Positions 18,418 through 31,671 of a stretch of 64,000 nucleotides of DNA are shown here, piece by piece. The translations under genes were made by a program, and so were the position numbers. A model generated the notes under the pieces. The model made no database searches, was not told the origin of the DNA, and saw nothing but the letters and a program-made list of their open reading frames with translations. The stretch's first letter is position 1, and each line of letters begins with the position of its first letter. Origin of the DNA: Corallochytrium limacisporum Hawaii (taxonomy: Eukaryota; Protista; Pluriformea); assembly GCA_002811645.1 (NCBI GenBank), contig PDIP01000142.1, forward strand, positions 1 through 64,000. The letters run 5' to 3'.

Positions 18418-21400
18418 GTGGCAAGGGTTTTGGGAACTCTAAGGAGGTTTATCCAGCCCATTTTCCGTAATGCATCAGTAAACCTCTTGTACCATACACC
18501 CCACAAATCTCCATACTGTGGACTATTTGTTTTCTTTTTTTCCTTGCTGGTTCTCTTTGTACTGTTTCTCGATGACCTAAGCTTTAGTCTTGATGATTCT
18601 TGATGGATTCACGAAACTTATTCTCAGACACAAACCATCCTTTGACCCGGGGATCGCCGGTAAAACACCGCACTGTAATCAAGCTTCCACGTGATCAATA
18701 TGTAAATAACCTGCCTATACAGACAGGCCAAACTGTGTTTCTGACCATTCTCCTTAATCGTCTGCCCTCAGGCAATGAAGCACAGTTTTCCGACACGAAA
18801 CACAACTTTATAACATGATGGGCGGGTCAAGGACATGGCCGCGGAAGAAACCCGGCCCCTCCCCCCGGGGTTGGGGGAGGTTCTCGTCTACACTGAAAAC
18901 CTTATATACATTAACTTGAATTCATCAGGAAACTTTGCCCGCTAGTGTTGTAGCGGCCACCCAGCAGCAGCACTTCCTAGTCCGCGATCATCATCCAATC
19001 CACAGAGACTCGCTCCGCAAAAGCGTAACTACTGTGTGTCTATATGTACGCAACGTGACCGCTCTGGATGTGCTCCATACCGTGTGCTAGACATTTGCTG
19101 TGGCTATAGGCCATGACTGATCTTTCCATTCGTGCCGAGATCCGGAGTGTAAAAAAGACGGGGAATAGCCCCACCAAAGCCTAAACCAGCGGGACCGACG
19201 GCCAACCGTGAAAAGCCTGCGCAGTGGGTAACAATATTGATTAGTAGGTTTAGGGGTTAAAGAGAGCACAAGGGCTTCAAACAAAGGCCGGCTTGCCACT
19301 GCGTCGTGGACTCGACTGTTCGCACCACCGCTGCTACAGGGAGCGGGTGCCCATCCGGTTCTGACCCACGGCAGCGAAGGTGTTACTTGCCACTATAGGT
19401 GTCCCCATTAGATCTTGATCTGAACCTACATGGATGGCGAGATGGATGTCCAGTAGCTTGGGATATACTACATGCTCCCAGAGGGACCATTGTGCGCTAG
19501 GCCGGCCGTAGGGAGAGAAGCTCACATGGACCCCCGCTTGCGCGTCAATCCCGAACGATGCGGAGAGAACACAGAGCCCTAACCATACAAGAAGTACAAA
19601 GGGGGCGAACGAAGACTAAAAAAGGACCTCGGTTTACCGTGAGCGCTTTGTTTTTATTTTTTTTTGGCCCTCTCAGAACTCTCCCCATCTTCCACTCCTC
19701 ACCCGGGGCACCACCAAGTCACACTGTCACGCGGGACTAAAATTTACTTCGTATTGAACATTACTGGCATCCGATCTCCAAGTGAGAGCCCCAGGGTTGT
19801 AGTCTTGTGTCGTTTGTCTCGTGTTATTCATCAGCTATGAATAAACTGAACGCACGGGAAATTAGCACACCCACTAGGAATCCACCATCTGCTGCTTGCG
19901 CGCTGAGAAATCGTCGCGAAAAAATAATCATCAGCAACTCTTCCCATTTGCTGCAAGAGTACGTACCGTGTCGTATAAAAATTGCGTCGTCATGAGGAAA
20001 AAACCGAAATCAAAAAGGGGAAAAGGGCAACGAACTATTCCATGTTGCGGTGCCTTCGTTTCTTCTTTTCGTTTCTTCTCTTCCCCTTCTCCAATTCCCT
20101 GATCTGTTCCAGCCCAACTATTCTCTCTCTCTCTCTCTCGCTCTCTCTCTCTCTCTCCCCATCGGGTTGTAGGTAATCATCACTTTTGCTTATACCCAAT
20201 AAATGAGTTTCAAAGCTTTCGGTGAGTGTCAATTTCGTCAAATTGGACGGACAGCGAAGAACTTTCCCCGCTTTAGGCCCTCCGTTGAGAGCCGGGCAGA
20301 AACGGAGGCGCACGGGTGCCTTTTCCGGAAATCCCAAAAGAAGAAAAGGTCCGCCGACCAAACACAAACCACTATTGCCCTGGACGGTTTCTGGCTATGG
20401 GCGGAGCCACAAAGAAAAATACCACCACTCTCATCGTTCCACCTCCTTCCCTTTCTTTGGCCTTGAGAAGAAAAACTCTGCGAACGGGCAACAACAGATG
20501 CCAGGGATGAATGGACACCGCAGAAGTCCTACCAGCGGCCAAACACATTTTCCTTTTCAAGACAATTCTTCATACGGAAGTGATTGAGTGCCAATATGAT
20601 AGAGTATGGACGTCCACCAACTGTGAAAAATGTCGCTCTGGAGACACACACCGGAGCAACTCAACCGAGACTCCCGAGCAGCAAAGCGATGAATGAAAGA
20701 TCGGTCGCGGTCTCGTCGATTTCCATGTTGGATCGTTGAGAGGGTCCCCTGAGATTGCTAGGCTACTCCGCACCTGCCCGTCAAACCGAATACTCTCTCC
20801 TTGACCACTAAGTATTGAAAATGTATGGACTCTCTGGCAACAAAGCAACCAGACTCCACTGAATAAGGAAATTCACAACAACTGGGCGATGAGTTCTGCC
20901 GTTGGTGCGCTCTGCTGCAACTCGCTTGCTGGATCTCTCCAACATTGTTCGTCTTGGCTGCCAACGTGTCTTTTCTCCTTCTGGGGAAAAACGACGGGAA
21001 GACACGTATTCAATTGAACAGCAAATTCTGTAAGTTTGGCAACACACACCCATCAGCCCATCTCTAAATGCACCCCATTCGGGTCGGAAAATCCGTAACC
21101 TCGGAGAAACGAGGGGCGACCTTTGGCTGATGGTTGTTGTATGGACTGCCGCTGTCGGTGACAGGTGGCCTTTCGCGACGTCCCCATTCGGTCGCTGGCG
21201 TAGGGCGGCGCTGGTCTCCCTGGATGAAATAGGTGACGAAGGAAGAGCAGCGGTGCCTTTTCTTCTAAATCCTTCCCCCTCCACCCCTCCCTCGCCCCTC
21301 GTCTCCGCGGTGAAAAGGTGAGCCCAACAAGGACTCTCCATTAACAACCGTGGCTGTGACACATGAGACGCGACTGGAACTAATATCCGGTTAGAGACTG

Positions 21401-24400
21401 GAAGAAAATGCCTATCCCATTTATCAACATTCCAAAGGGACTCACGTTTTACGGGCCAAAGGAAAGTTGGTGCACACCGTGCAATTGCCACGTTGAGAAG
21501 GCGCGTCGCTGCTGAGGTTTTGGGGTTGGTAGTGCGGTTCCCGGGAATGGCCGACATGGAGGCTTTCTCCAATTGGGAGTGGCTGAATGAAAAATCTATT
21601 CCATAGGTTAAACATAGACAGATGGATAGATATAGATAAACCTTACCATTGACGTATTCAAAAAAATTGAGACCCAAATCGAATTACTTGTCACTTCGGA
21701 GGTCCAAACTATTTGCTGCGGCTGCACTATGGGTCGGGGTTACGAACGGGTGCCCACCCCCGCCTTCTCTTTTCCCCGGCTTCAAATGCGCCGAAAAAAT
21801 TCCCGCTCTACTGTTAGGGGGCACGCATCATCTCCGACCCGAGCTGCTAAACCAATAAGCCCATTTATCAATACTTTTAACTTTCGCCCTAATCTCCCGC
21901 GCAAAACTACTTTAAAGTCTAGAACAAAAACGACGGGAGAACGTTTGTCGCTGACAAGCAACAGAAGGAATGGTGAAAAACTGGCGCAAATCCGGAATAC
22001 TCCGATTGTTGTCTGTCTGCCGGCACCGTGCTACCTGTCCCCTCCCCCCTCCCCCCCTCTTCTCTCTGGCTGCCTGTCGACAACAATCCTTGGGCAAGGG
22101 CCGTTGGCAGGATTTTCAGCACACTAAGTTTATATGTAAATTAGCCACCAGCTCCCTTGCGAGAGAAATGTGTAGGTGGACTGTTTGCTATCGGCAACCT
22201 AGTCCACTGTCATTGAATACATGTGAGAACTCACTTGCCATTGGCGGATGAGCAGAGTGCCACACTGCAGATTGCACTGGTCGCTTCTGCTCTTACAATT
22301 ATTGCTCGTTTGCTGCACCAAATAGATTGTACTGTTGCCGATGCTGTACAAATGACAAGACCGCAAAGTATTTGGTGGGGCAGAAACAATAGAACGAGAA
22401 GGGGGTTCGGGTGGGAATCGAGAGAAAGGGTGAACCCCCTATGTTCGCATTTAGGACATGAAAGTGTCCGCTGTAAGAGAAAGCAGTGCTGTATGAGAAG
22501 CATCCGAGTGTGCGGTGCACTGTATGTATGTATTCCTGATCTGTCGGGTGGGGTGACCTGTGAAGTGGGCCAGAAAGAACAATTAATGGCAGGGGAAACG
22601 ACTGGCAGTCTGGATGATCCTTCAGCGCAGAGCAATGAATGACGGCAACAGTGATAAGGAAAGGAGGATGTACGGTAGGTTGAGGGAAATTATTGCCCCA
22701 TCGGCGCATGTTTTTTCTGCGCCTGCGGCAAAAATTGGGTGGCACAGCAAGACTGGATTGGCTGGTCCGATGCCCCCACTACACCGTAAAAATGATCTCT
22801 GATCATGATGGTGGTGGTGATGATGATGATGGTGTTGATGGATGGTGGTGATGATGGTGGCAATAGGGCAAAGGCACTCATTGCTCCCGACGATGATAAT
22901 GGTTACGACGATGATATGGCCGCAGACATAGAGGCGTTGACAATTAAGAAAGTGTTGCATGGTGCGCATCACATACATGCATCGTGGCAACTTTGCGATC
23001 GCCAGCTGTTGTGGCAACAAGAAACTCTACACCCCTGGATGTTTTGTTTCATGATTTGGGCATGTTACACAATCGAACAGAGTCATTCTCAGGGAAGGGG
23101 GTGTTATCATCCCAATTCATCGCGACGGACAGTAGAAAGTGAGACACATACCAGAGTCCGGTTTTGTGAGACACTCCCTGAGGTTCTTCCGTCCAAACCC
23201 TCCCACACCCACAACACCAACACACACACACAGGGCTTGTAGTATTTCTACCATCTCTGAAATTTTCCGACCTCCACCCCCTACCTCCCCTCCCCCTTCC
23301 CAACCCAATGAGTGACAACCGACTCGGCAAACCCCACGGGAAAGGGACGGGCTGCATGTAGGTCGGGTGCTGAAACAGCAAGCGATGCAGCCCCAACGTG
23401 GATGTCATAGCACCCGGTGGGATACAAAAGTTGTATAGACGGTGGGGCTCCAAGGAGAAAAGATGTTACGTTGTGGTTGTGCGGGGGAGTGTAATATGTG
23501 AAGATTTTTTCTCGAATGAAAATCTTTTTTGGAGTCCTCGCTTCGCACCTTAGTAATTTCCCGGCCGAGTGCTGCTGCTGAGGGCCAGATCTCATGAAGT
23601 CCGGGAGACGGACATCTCAGAAGCACGACTGCAACGACGAAGGCCCTAATTTGTTTTTTCTTCACTCTGCCGTTGTCTAGCTCACGATTGTTGTGCTGTT
23701 GTTGGTATTATACATAACACCGAAGGGTGAACCGAAACCATGGTAGAGGGGAGTGCACCAATGAGTTTACTGCTGAATCAGGGGGATCCATTCTCTCGTT
23801 CTTGGTCATTTGTGAACACCTCAACCCGCGAACGAGTACTGAGATAGTAGACCAAGTCAAACGTTTCCGCACATACCTCCGTACCCGACTTTTTTCTGTT
23901 CAACACACAAATAAAAGTCAAGGAGGAAGGGAGGAATGTTAGTGGCATGTCCCCCGCAGCGAATATATACAGACAGCCTCGAGAGTCCTTGACTTCATGA
24001 GCTGCCAGTTTGACGTCTAATCCTCTCATGGCGGCCTCCCACCGCAACTGGGGTTGTGTGCACAAACCTCACTATGGCACACGGGTAGTTTGGTATAAAT
24101 CATAGCAAGGAAATTGGCAGGTATACTCATATTGGCTCCACTAATTTGTCCTGTGTGTGTGCGTGTTCTTCTTCTACTTACTGTCTCCTTGAATAATAAT
24201 GTATGACGGAGTACGTGGTAATGGGTTTCATGCACTACAGTAACCACAGCCACTGCAGCACATAGCCAACTGTTAGCTGCATTCAGGCAACGCTACCACA
24301 ACAGCCCGCCCTCCCCCCTCCCCCCCCNNNNNNNNNNNNNNNNNNNNNNNNNNNNNNNNNNNNNNNNNNNNNNNNNNNNNNNNNNNNNNNNNNNNNNNNN

Positions 24401-27400
24401 NNNNNNNNNNNNNNNNNNNNNNNNNNNNNNNNNNNNNNNNNNNNNNNNNNNNNNNNNNNNNNNNNNNNNNNNNNNNNNNNNNNNNNNNNNNNNNNNNNNN
24501 NNNNNNNNNNNCCCCCACCCCCCAACCGACGAGCAACGAAAAAAATCATGAGCTTATCCTCCTTTTCTGTGATCGCTTTCTAATTTATTATTCATTAGAT
24601 AGAAACCGCGGCCCAGTCACTGAATTCAAAATCACTCTAGCAGCGGAGGTAGGCCGACATCATCACTGCAGCAGACACAGCAACAACTACTACCAATCTT
24701 CTCCCAGGTGAAGAGAAAGACAGCAACTGCTCGATTGACTACTTGGGTGGGAAGGGAGGGTGGGGCTTACAGAGCGACAGAACGGGTATTCTGGGCAGCA
24801 ACGGCAAGAGGTTCCAACGCACTGGACCAAGCTCAATGCAACCGTTGAGGAATGATAATCGTTCCATCCATACTTTTTCTATGGAAACATAAACTCGTGC
24901 GCTGTGTCCGGGTGGCCACACACAAACAGACACACACACACACATGTCCTTCCTCGTCCGTTGCTTTGGTTTGTGCGGGTGACCACAGACAACCCCATTT
25001 CCTTGCTATGGTTTGTGACATGACCCACATTCCGTTCGGCAGCCTTTCCCCCTTCCCCGCCCCCTCCCGCTGTGTTTGTGTGGGAAGGAGCCCATAAGTA
25101 TTTTCCTGGACCGCAGCTCTTGGCTGCCACACTTTCCGACTCGGATAGGGAGTTTAAAAATGGATTGTAGTGCATTCACTGTGCTGGAGTCCAGTATCAC
25201 TGCTTCTACCTTCGTCGGAAGATGTAGAGGAAATGAAAAAGATGGTGATGGACCGGACGAAAACGAAAACGAAAGTGATGGACAAGAAATGTGAGATGCC
25301 ACCAAACTGTCATGTGAAACGCAACCGATCCTTTCGTGAAGGAATTATAAACTGTTTCAGTATGCGTGACGATTGTATATCGATGGTGGTCTGAGCATAT
25401 CCACGGCTAGTCCGCCTTGCTTGCAGCAGCAGCAACAGTGGCACATGCTCTTGTCCACAAAAAGTCTTTCATTTCAAAAAAAAAAAAGGTATCGCACAAG
25501 TCCCCNNNNNNNNNNNNNNNNNNNNNNNNNNNNNNNNNNNNNNNNNNNNNNNNNNNNNNNNNNNNNNNNNNNNNNNNCCCCACAGTGTAAGAAGGAAATG
25601 ACAGCAGGCATGCGAAATAGTCAAAGGGGCAGAGCAGGCCGAGGCGGTGGGGTGCGGGGAGGGGAGGGACCATTGCGGTGGCAGACGATCGATGCACTCT
25701 TCTGTCAGGAAGACGGTCTGCACACCTGTTGATGGCTGCTATGCATGCTGATGTCTATGTATGTACAACCGTCTCTAGAAAGTGTCTTCGGGAGCTGCGA
25801 TATATTTTTCCTATTCTGGAGAAGATTGAGAGGCTCAGGGACAGGAGCACAATTGAAAGGAATGAGAAGAAGCAAACTGACCAGAGTGGCACTCTGGTGG
25901 GAGCACTGACGGAGAAACAAGGGAAGCGGGAATAATATGGTCCCAAGAGATCCGAAGACGGCGCGTGCGTGCTTGCTGGCGTTCGATACCGTTCTGTCAA
26001 AAGTGGCATTCTCTCACTATGACACATTCGTTGTCCGACCGACCGCACCGTGGTGTGTGAGGGTGTCACCACAACCTGGCTGATCGGTTTCCTTTTGGTG
26101 TCATTTTCGGAACCCCTCTGTCAGGTTTTTCCTTTATTCCTCCATTCCAGGGCTCGCTACTCACCATTGGTACCACAACGCCCCGGCCCCCCCTTCGCTC
26201 TCTCTCTCTCGCTCTCTCTCTCTCTGTCTCTCTCTCTTTTCTCCCCTCTTTTCCCCCCCTCCCAACCCTCTTTTCCATTTCCAGGTTTGTTTTGTCTCCA
26301 GGCAAAGTTGAGCATATATTTGCGAACATTTGAATATAGATCACACATATCAGCCCTTCCCCCCCCTCTCCCCCTCTCCCCCCTCTCTTCCCATACCTCC
26401 CTCTTTGTGCGCCCTCTCTCCTCGACCCCGGCTCCCGTTCTGCCCCTCCCTTTCACCACAACCCAACTGGTACTATTGCGAATTAGAGCGTGTCCTGTGT
26501 TCAGCCATACTTGCTACTTTCCGGGCCGCTCAGCAAGAATATACACCGAAGAGGAAGAGGGAAAAGGAAACATCAGGTTCCTTTTTATTTGCCGAGATAT
26601 GAGACCCGAACAAGTAACAAGAATGGGAAAGTGTGACAATAGAGACCGCCAACACGGACGACACAAGCAGTAGCGAGGAAAATCATCCACCCGTCGGAGC
26701 GCGGCAAGTGACAGCAGAAGAGGGAATTCTTGGAAACGAATTTTCAGGTATCATTCTCTCCGCAAGCCCCTAATTTACTTGTTAGCGTGCAACAGCAGCA
26801 GAGCAGGGCACTGGCATCAGTCGCTCGTGCTAGTGCATGCCTTGGGCTAGTTTGAGAGTTCTCAGTGTTGACCCTTTTTCTTTTCTTCTTTTTTCGTGGT
26901 TCCCCCTCCCCCTTGTTCCCATTCTTCTTTCTCTCTGTCTGTCATTTTTTCCTTGCTTTTTCCTTACACGTTTTCGTTGGCCTCACTTGGTCTCTTCCCA
27001 AAAATTTGCGGGCGGAACAATAAGGAAAAGCTAAAGACGCACCGAGTGCGGTTGGTGTCAAATGACTCCGTACTTTGGATACCGGGCATCCACAGACACC
27101 GCGCAAGGGTGGCAGGGGAAGGGGGGGAGGCAGATAGACTGGAGAAGCGAACACTAAGATTTCTCCCTTTTTTGTCGCCAACGTAAACAGACACGACTAA
27201 CAATGCGGTTCGACGATGGCAACTCAGCAAAGAGTGTTTTTTGTTATTTAGTATTGCGACGCACGTCTTAGGTTGTTGCCGTTGACGAACAAAAAATAAA
27301 CTCGTGATGAATAGAACGGCTTGGCTCTTGGATGTTTTGCCAACAACCTAAACGCAGGTCCTTAAATCTGCGTAATTGCATATTGTGTGAATGCTTATTC

Positions 27401-27564
27401 TTTGTTACAGAAACCCTTTCCGTTAGGAACATTGGGTTCAGTAAATTATTATCATTCCAAATTCATTAGGCAACTAAAATTTTGAACATGCACACCGGGC
27501 TCTAAACTCACATCTGGGTAAAGAACAAGTCTTGGTCTTGCCGTAAAATCTTAACTTCCAGAAC

Positions 27565-29751
27565 ATGATGAGTGAACCAAGCTACACAGCAACTGAGGCG
27601 CCGGTGCCTCCCAGTCATTATGCCCCGCCGAGCGGCTATGCTCAGCCGCAACAGTCTCCTAGGTATGCACAGAACCAGCAACCACAACAGACTCCGAACC
27701 AACCACAGCAGGGTCCTCCACAGTATCAGGGATACCCGCAGCCGCCACAGCAGGGACAGCCGGTGAGCTATGCGTCGAGTGGGCCCCCGCCACAGATCTC
27801 CCCGCGAGGACAGCCGCCTCAGCAACAGCCGCCTCCACAACAGCCGCAGCAGCAAGCGCCTCCGCAACCAAGAACATCTCAGGAGTATGTAGCTCCTTCC
27901 CAAACGTCCCCTCGTGGACAACCTCCCCAACAGCAACAGCAGCCATCCTACGGGTCGGATCCCCGTGGTTCGTACGATCAGCAGGGACATGGACAGCAGC
28001 AGCCTCCACCGCAGCAGCAGCAGCAACAACAGCCGGCGGCTCCACCCCAACAGCAGCAACCGCCGCCGCCGCCTCAGCAACCACAGCAGCAACAGGCTCC
28101 GCCTCCACAGCCCCAGCAGTCACCAAGGGGGCCACCGCCTCCGCCACAGTATCAGATGCAACCTCCACAGGTGCCTCCGGGTCATCCACCACAGCAGTAT
28201 GGAGAGAACGGACAACCAATGCAGTCACAGCCCCCACCTCAATATTACCAGCAGCAGCAGCAGCAGTACGGTGATCAATATCGTCAACAGATGCCGCCGC
28301 CGCCGCCACCGCAGGGCTACGACGGCCGCCAATACTCTCCCAGGGAAGGATACCCACAGCCTCCACAGCAGCAGCCTCCGCATCCTTACTACCAACAGAA
28401 CGGGTACCCACAGCAGGGATACTACCAACAGCATTCTCAGGCATATCCTCCTCCTCCTCCTCCTCAGCAACAGGGAGGACCGCCGCCGGCAGCGACATCC
28501 GGAGATGCAAATCAAGCCACTTCCCGAGGTGAAAGTGACCAGTCTCAACAGCAGCGGCAGCAGCAACCGCAACAGTATCAGGCACCGCCTCCACCGCAGC
28601 AGCCACCGGCGAATGGCCAGCAACCACCGCAGGCTCAGTACTACGAGGGACAGCAGCAACCACCGCAGCAGCAACAACCACAGGACCAGCAGCAACCGCA
28701 ACAGCAGCAGGCACCGCCTCAGGGTGAGCAGCGGCCATCACAGCCCGATCAGCAGGGACGGACAGAGGAGGACTTTGTGTTCTTTTTGCAGCAGGTACAT
28801 CAGCGTAGCGCGGAAATGCCGCCACAACAGCAGCAGCAGCAGCAGCATCCACAGCAGCAGGCTCCGCCACCCCCTCAATACTACCAACAGCAGCATCACC
28901 CGCAGATGCCCCCTCAAGCACCACACGCACCGCAAGCAAACGGTGGCGTAGAACGGCCTCGTGAGGAGGTGCTGCCGTCACCTCGCGGTACCCCTGCACG
29001 CCATCACCCCTATGGAGAGCGCCCATCTGGCGTGGGTGCTACTGTCCCGAACTTAAATCTTTCCAAGTTGAACCCTGCGCTCGGTCCCAGTGGAAATGTG
29101 TATCCGAGCCCACGTGGCCCGGTGACCCTGCAGGAAGCGGTCATGGAGGCATTCCAAGCGAACACAAAGAAGTCACGCCTACGAGTCTCCGAAATTGAGG
29201 AACACATTAAGCAGCACTACCCATCGATTGTGGATGAACACAAGCGCAACTTGAGTACAACTATTCAAGTGCATTTGAGTCTGAACCACACGTTGTTCAA
29301 GAAGTGGCGTTCTGGAAACAACACGCTCTGGAGCGTGGTAAATCAAGGAAAGGAGAAGGACCAGAAGCCCGGTACCGGGGATCAGTACAATCAGAATCGT
29401 CAGCAGTCCTACAAGCCGCCGTACGAGCAGGCCTACGTTGGCTGTGCCATTCCACGCGGTGGACAAGTAGATCTCGGTAAGTTGTCGCTGTATTCACCTC
29501 GGACACCCTACGATTCCAGTCAAACACCCAAGCAAGGGGCACCATTTGGTGTGCCATTGACCCCGGGCCGGATCCCGACTAAAGGTCAGGGTGTGAAGGA
29601 GGAGAGTCATCTAGTGATTCAGGGAGCCGGTGCGCGTCGAAACTCTAAATTGACGCTTGAGCGCACTGAATCGCTCAGCGAGTCTCTGCCTATGGTGCAA
29701 GACCTGAATAAGGCAGTGCTTGACCTCCTACCACCTCAACCAGAGGATTGA
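27565..29751 (+). CDS. Gln/Pro/Tyr-rich transcription factor-like protein with a divergent forkhead-type winged-helix domain
   Basis: About 460 aa of Q/P/Y low complexity, then TLQEAVMEAFQANTKKSRLRVSEIEEHIKQHYP...LSTTIQVHLSLNHTLFKK...NTLWSV (about 29119-29343). This parallels the forkhead consensus LI..AI..S...RLTL.EIY..I...FP...SIRHNLSLN..F.K...YW. Confidence 0.7.
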   Translation: MMSEPSYTATEAPVPPSHYAPPSGYAQPQQSPRYAQNQQPQQTPNQPQQGPPQYQGYPQPPQQGQPVSYASSGPPPQISPRGQPPQQQPPPQQPQQQAPPQPRTSQEYVAPSQTSPRGQPPQQQQQPSYGSDPRGSYDQQGHGQQQPPPQQQQQQQPAAPPQQQQPPPPPQQPQQQQAPPPQPQQSPRGPPPPPQYQMQPPQVPPGHPPQQYGENGQPMQSQPPPQYYQQQQQQYGDQYRQQMPPPPPPQGYDGRQYSPREGYPQPPQQQPPHPYYQQNGYPQQGYYQQHSQAYPPPPPPQQQGGPPPAATSGDANQATSRGESDQSQQQRQQQPQQYQAPPPPQQPPANGQQPPQAQYYEGQQQPPQQQQPQDQQQPQQQQAPPQGEQRPSQPDQQGRTEEDFVFFLQQVHQRSAEMPPQQQQQQQHPQQQAPPPPQYYQQQHHPQMPPQAPHAPQANGGVERPREEVLPSPRGTPARHHPYGERPSGVGATVPNLNLSKLNPALGPSGNVYPSPRGPVTLQEAVMEAFQANTKKSRLRVSEIEEHIKQHYPSIVDEHKRNLSTTIQVHLSLNHTLFKKWRSGNNTLWSVVNQGKEKDQKPGTGDQYNQNRQQSYKPPYEQAYVGCAIPRGGQVDLGKLSLYSPRTPYDSSQTPKQGAPFGVPLTPGRIPTKGQGVKEESHLVIQGAGARRNSKLTLERTESLSESLPMVQDLNKAVLDLLPPQPED

Positions 29752-29844
29752 ACTTTGTATCAATAAATGGAACTAAAAAACTTGATATCGTTTTAGGGCT
29801 ACAAATGTAATTTAACTTATGTTACAAGTAAGAGCTTGACCCGT

Positions 29845-31671
29845 TCACGATGGCTGGCCATTCGTGGTCTGGGCGGGGTCCTTCTTTTGTTGCATCAAGC
29901 GATCCTTAAGTTCGATCCAGCGCTGCACGACGACACGTTTTTCGGGACCGTGACAGCGAACGTCTGACCCGTGATACTTGCTAAAGTGCTCCACAATACA
30001 ATGATCCTGATTTTGGTATCGAGGGAGTCGTGTCACAGGCTTGGGGTCCATGTCAATGACATTGACTTTGTACTGCATGCGATGTCTAAAAGTATGCTCA
30101 CGCATTACAAGCCCGTCTTCCACGATCTTGCTGCGTGTCTCGTCAAATTGGGACATGGTCACGATCAAACTACAGTCCCGAGCGCTTTTGCTCACGAGAA
30201 ACTCTCGTAGAAGCTGCACCTTCTCGGTTTTGGGCATGCCGATGAGGTCCATCGGTTGAATAAAGTTCGCGTTCTTGGATCGTGACAACGCAGACTCCAC
30301 ACAGGTGTCCCATGACGGATCCGTAAAGTCGCTCATGATTCGCAGTTTGTCTTCAGAGTCCGGGGTGTCCCGCACCAAACTTTCGTAAATTGCCATCGCC
30401 CCATCAATATCAATACGATCCAAGCGTTGCACCCGTTTGATTCTCTGCATGACACCTGTTTGCGCAAACGCCTTTTCAATCAGACCGACCAAGACCGTAA
30501 GCTCGACAGGCCTGGAACGCACGTACATTCTCCAATCACCATCTGGAAGGACCTGAAACTCTTCCTCAAGGTCTGCGTGCCTGGACTTCGGGATGAGAAT
30601 TTGACGCAGGTCCGTGACTAGACTCCGCTGTGTATCAATGGTCATATCTCCACTGTTGCCAAACAGCTCACGAGAGCCGTTGATAAAGATGGAGATGTTG
30701 TTTTGGGGCACTTCAAGCATGTCCCACAGTGCCTGGTGAACCAGTTCCGGTTTCGTACTAAAGAGTCGAAGAGGGCAGTAGTCCGATCTGTCCTTCCACT
30801 TACCATCTTCCAATTTTACATTTTGGTGCATACAGAAACGACAGACCGTTGCCTTTAGAGCATGTACGCCAGTCATGAAGCGGGTCTTTGGCAAGTAGCC
30901 TTTCTTCGGCTTGATTTCGACACTTACGATCCCGGGTGTTCTGTCTGCAATTGGAGTACTCCGCAGACAATCCCGGAGGAATTGACTGAGATCCGGCATT
31001 AATACCGCAAAGCGAGCGTGTAGATCTAAGAGCTCTGGCATTCTGTTTTCAGGTCGCTTAAGGTCGTGTTCAAGCACTGACTGAATGCCCATTATGATTT
31101 TCGGATCGACTTCGACCAGCGCGCCGTAACACAGGAAATTTCCACCCAAAATGGGACGGCAAACTTTCTCAAAGTACGTGTGCAATTCTGCCACCTCGTT
31201 CAACGGGTTCGATCTGATACCGTGTTTGCCGGTGTTGTGTAGCATGTCTTTCCGCAGTCGCAAGATTCGTCCACAGAGACGTACGTCGTGCCCTTTGTAT
31301 TGCATGATTACGTTGGCGGAACCCTCGCCCAGGTATGTCCAGGCTTCCGGGTCGGAATAAATCAATTGTTTCGCATCTGCTTCTAGTTCTGGGACCATCT
31401 GTGCCTCATGTTTGAACAGCTTGCGTGGCTGTGGTGAGGACTCCGACGATGACTCGGAAGACCCACCATTCTCGTATATTAGTGTAGGCTCACTAGAAGC
31501 AATCATGTCAAGATACTCAGAATTCGAGCTACGAAGGCGATACCGAGGCGTTAGACAAATCTTATGCAATGCTATCGGACTAGCATCTTCCCCCACGATA
31601 GCGTGCAAGCTCGGCTCGGACTCCGAGAGGCTCCCCAGACGGACCCGCGGTGGGCGTGGTTTCTCTGCCAT
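29845..31671 (-). CDS. IPPK: Inositol-pentakisphosphate 2-kinase
   Basis: Family motifs WTYLGEGSANV, LRLRK, VEIKPK, CRFCMHQ, YCPLRLFS, PQNN, SARDCSLIV, VIDMDPKP. Confidence 0.92.
   Translation of the reverse strand: MAEKPRPPRVRLGSLSESEPSLHAIVGEDASPIALHKICLTPRYRLRSSNSEYLDMIASSEPTLIYENGGSSESSSESSPQPRKLFKHEAQMVPELEADAKQLIYSDPEAWTYLGEGSANVIMQYKGHDVRLCGRILRLRKDMLHNTGKHGIRSNPLNEVAELHTYFEKVCRPILGGNFLCYGALVEVDPKIIMGIQSVLEHDLKRPENRMPELLDLHARFAVLMPDLSQFLRDCLRSTPIADRTPGIVSVEIKPKKGYLPKTRFMTGVHALKATVCRFCMHQNVKLEDGKWKDRSDYCPLRLFSTKPELVHQALWDMLEVPQNNISIFINGSRELFGNSGDMTIDTQRSLVTDLRQILIPKSRHADLEEEFQVLPDGDWRMYVRSRPVELTVLVGLIEKAFAQTGVMQRIKRVQRLDRIDIDGAMAIYESLVRDTPDSEDKLRIMSDFTDPSWDTCVESALSRSKNANFIQPMDLIGMPKTEKVQLLREFLVSKSARDCSLIVTMSQFDETRSKIVEDGLVMREHTFRHRMQYKVNVIDMDPKPVTRLPRYQNQDHCIVEHFSKYHGSDVRCHGPEKRVVVQRWIELKDRLMQQKKDPAQTTNGQPS

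Noticed and set aside
19240-19260. TAGGTTTAGGGGTTAA as an interstitial telomeric repeat
   Set aside because: Fewer than three degenerate units; compatible with chance.
20808-21677. 289-aa minus-strand ORF
   Set aside because: Non-ATG start in the track, composition typical of non-coding DNA, and no recognisable motifs.
27508-29026. Long overlapping ORFs (27659-29026 -, 27914-28951 +, 27508-28092 -)
   Set aside because: Shadow frames of the CAG/CCG-rich Gln/Pro coding sequence.
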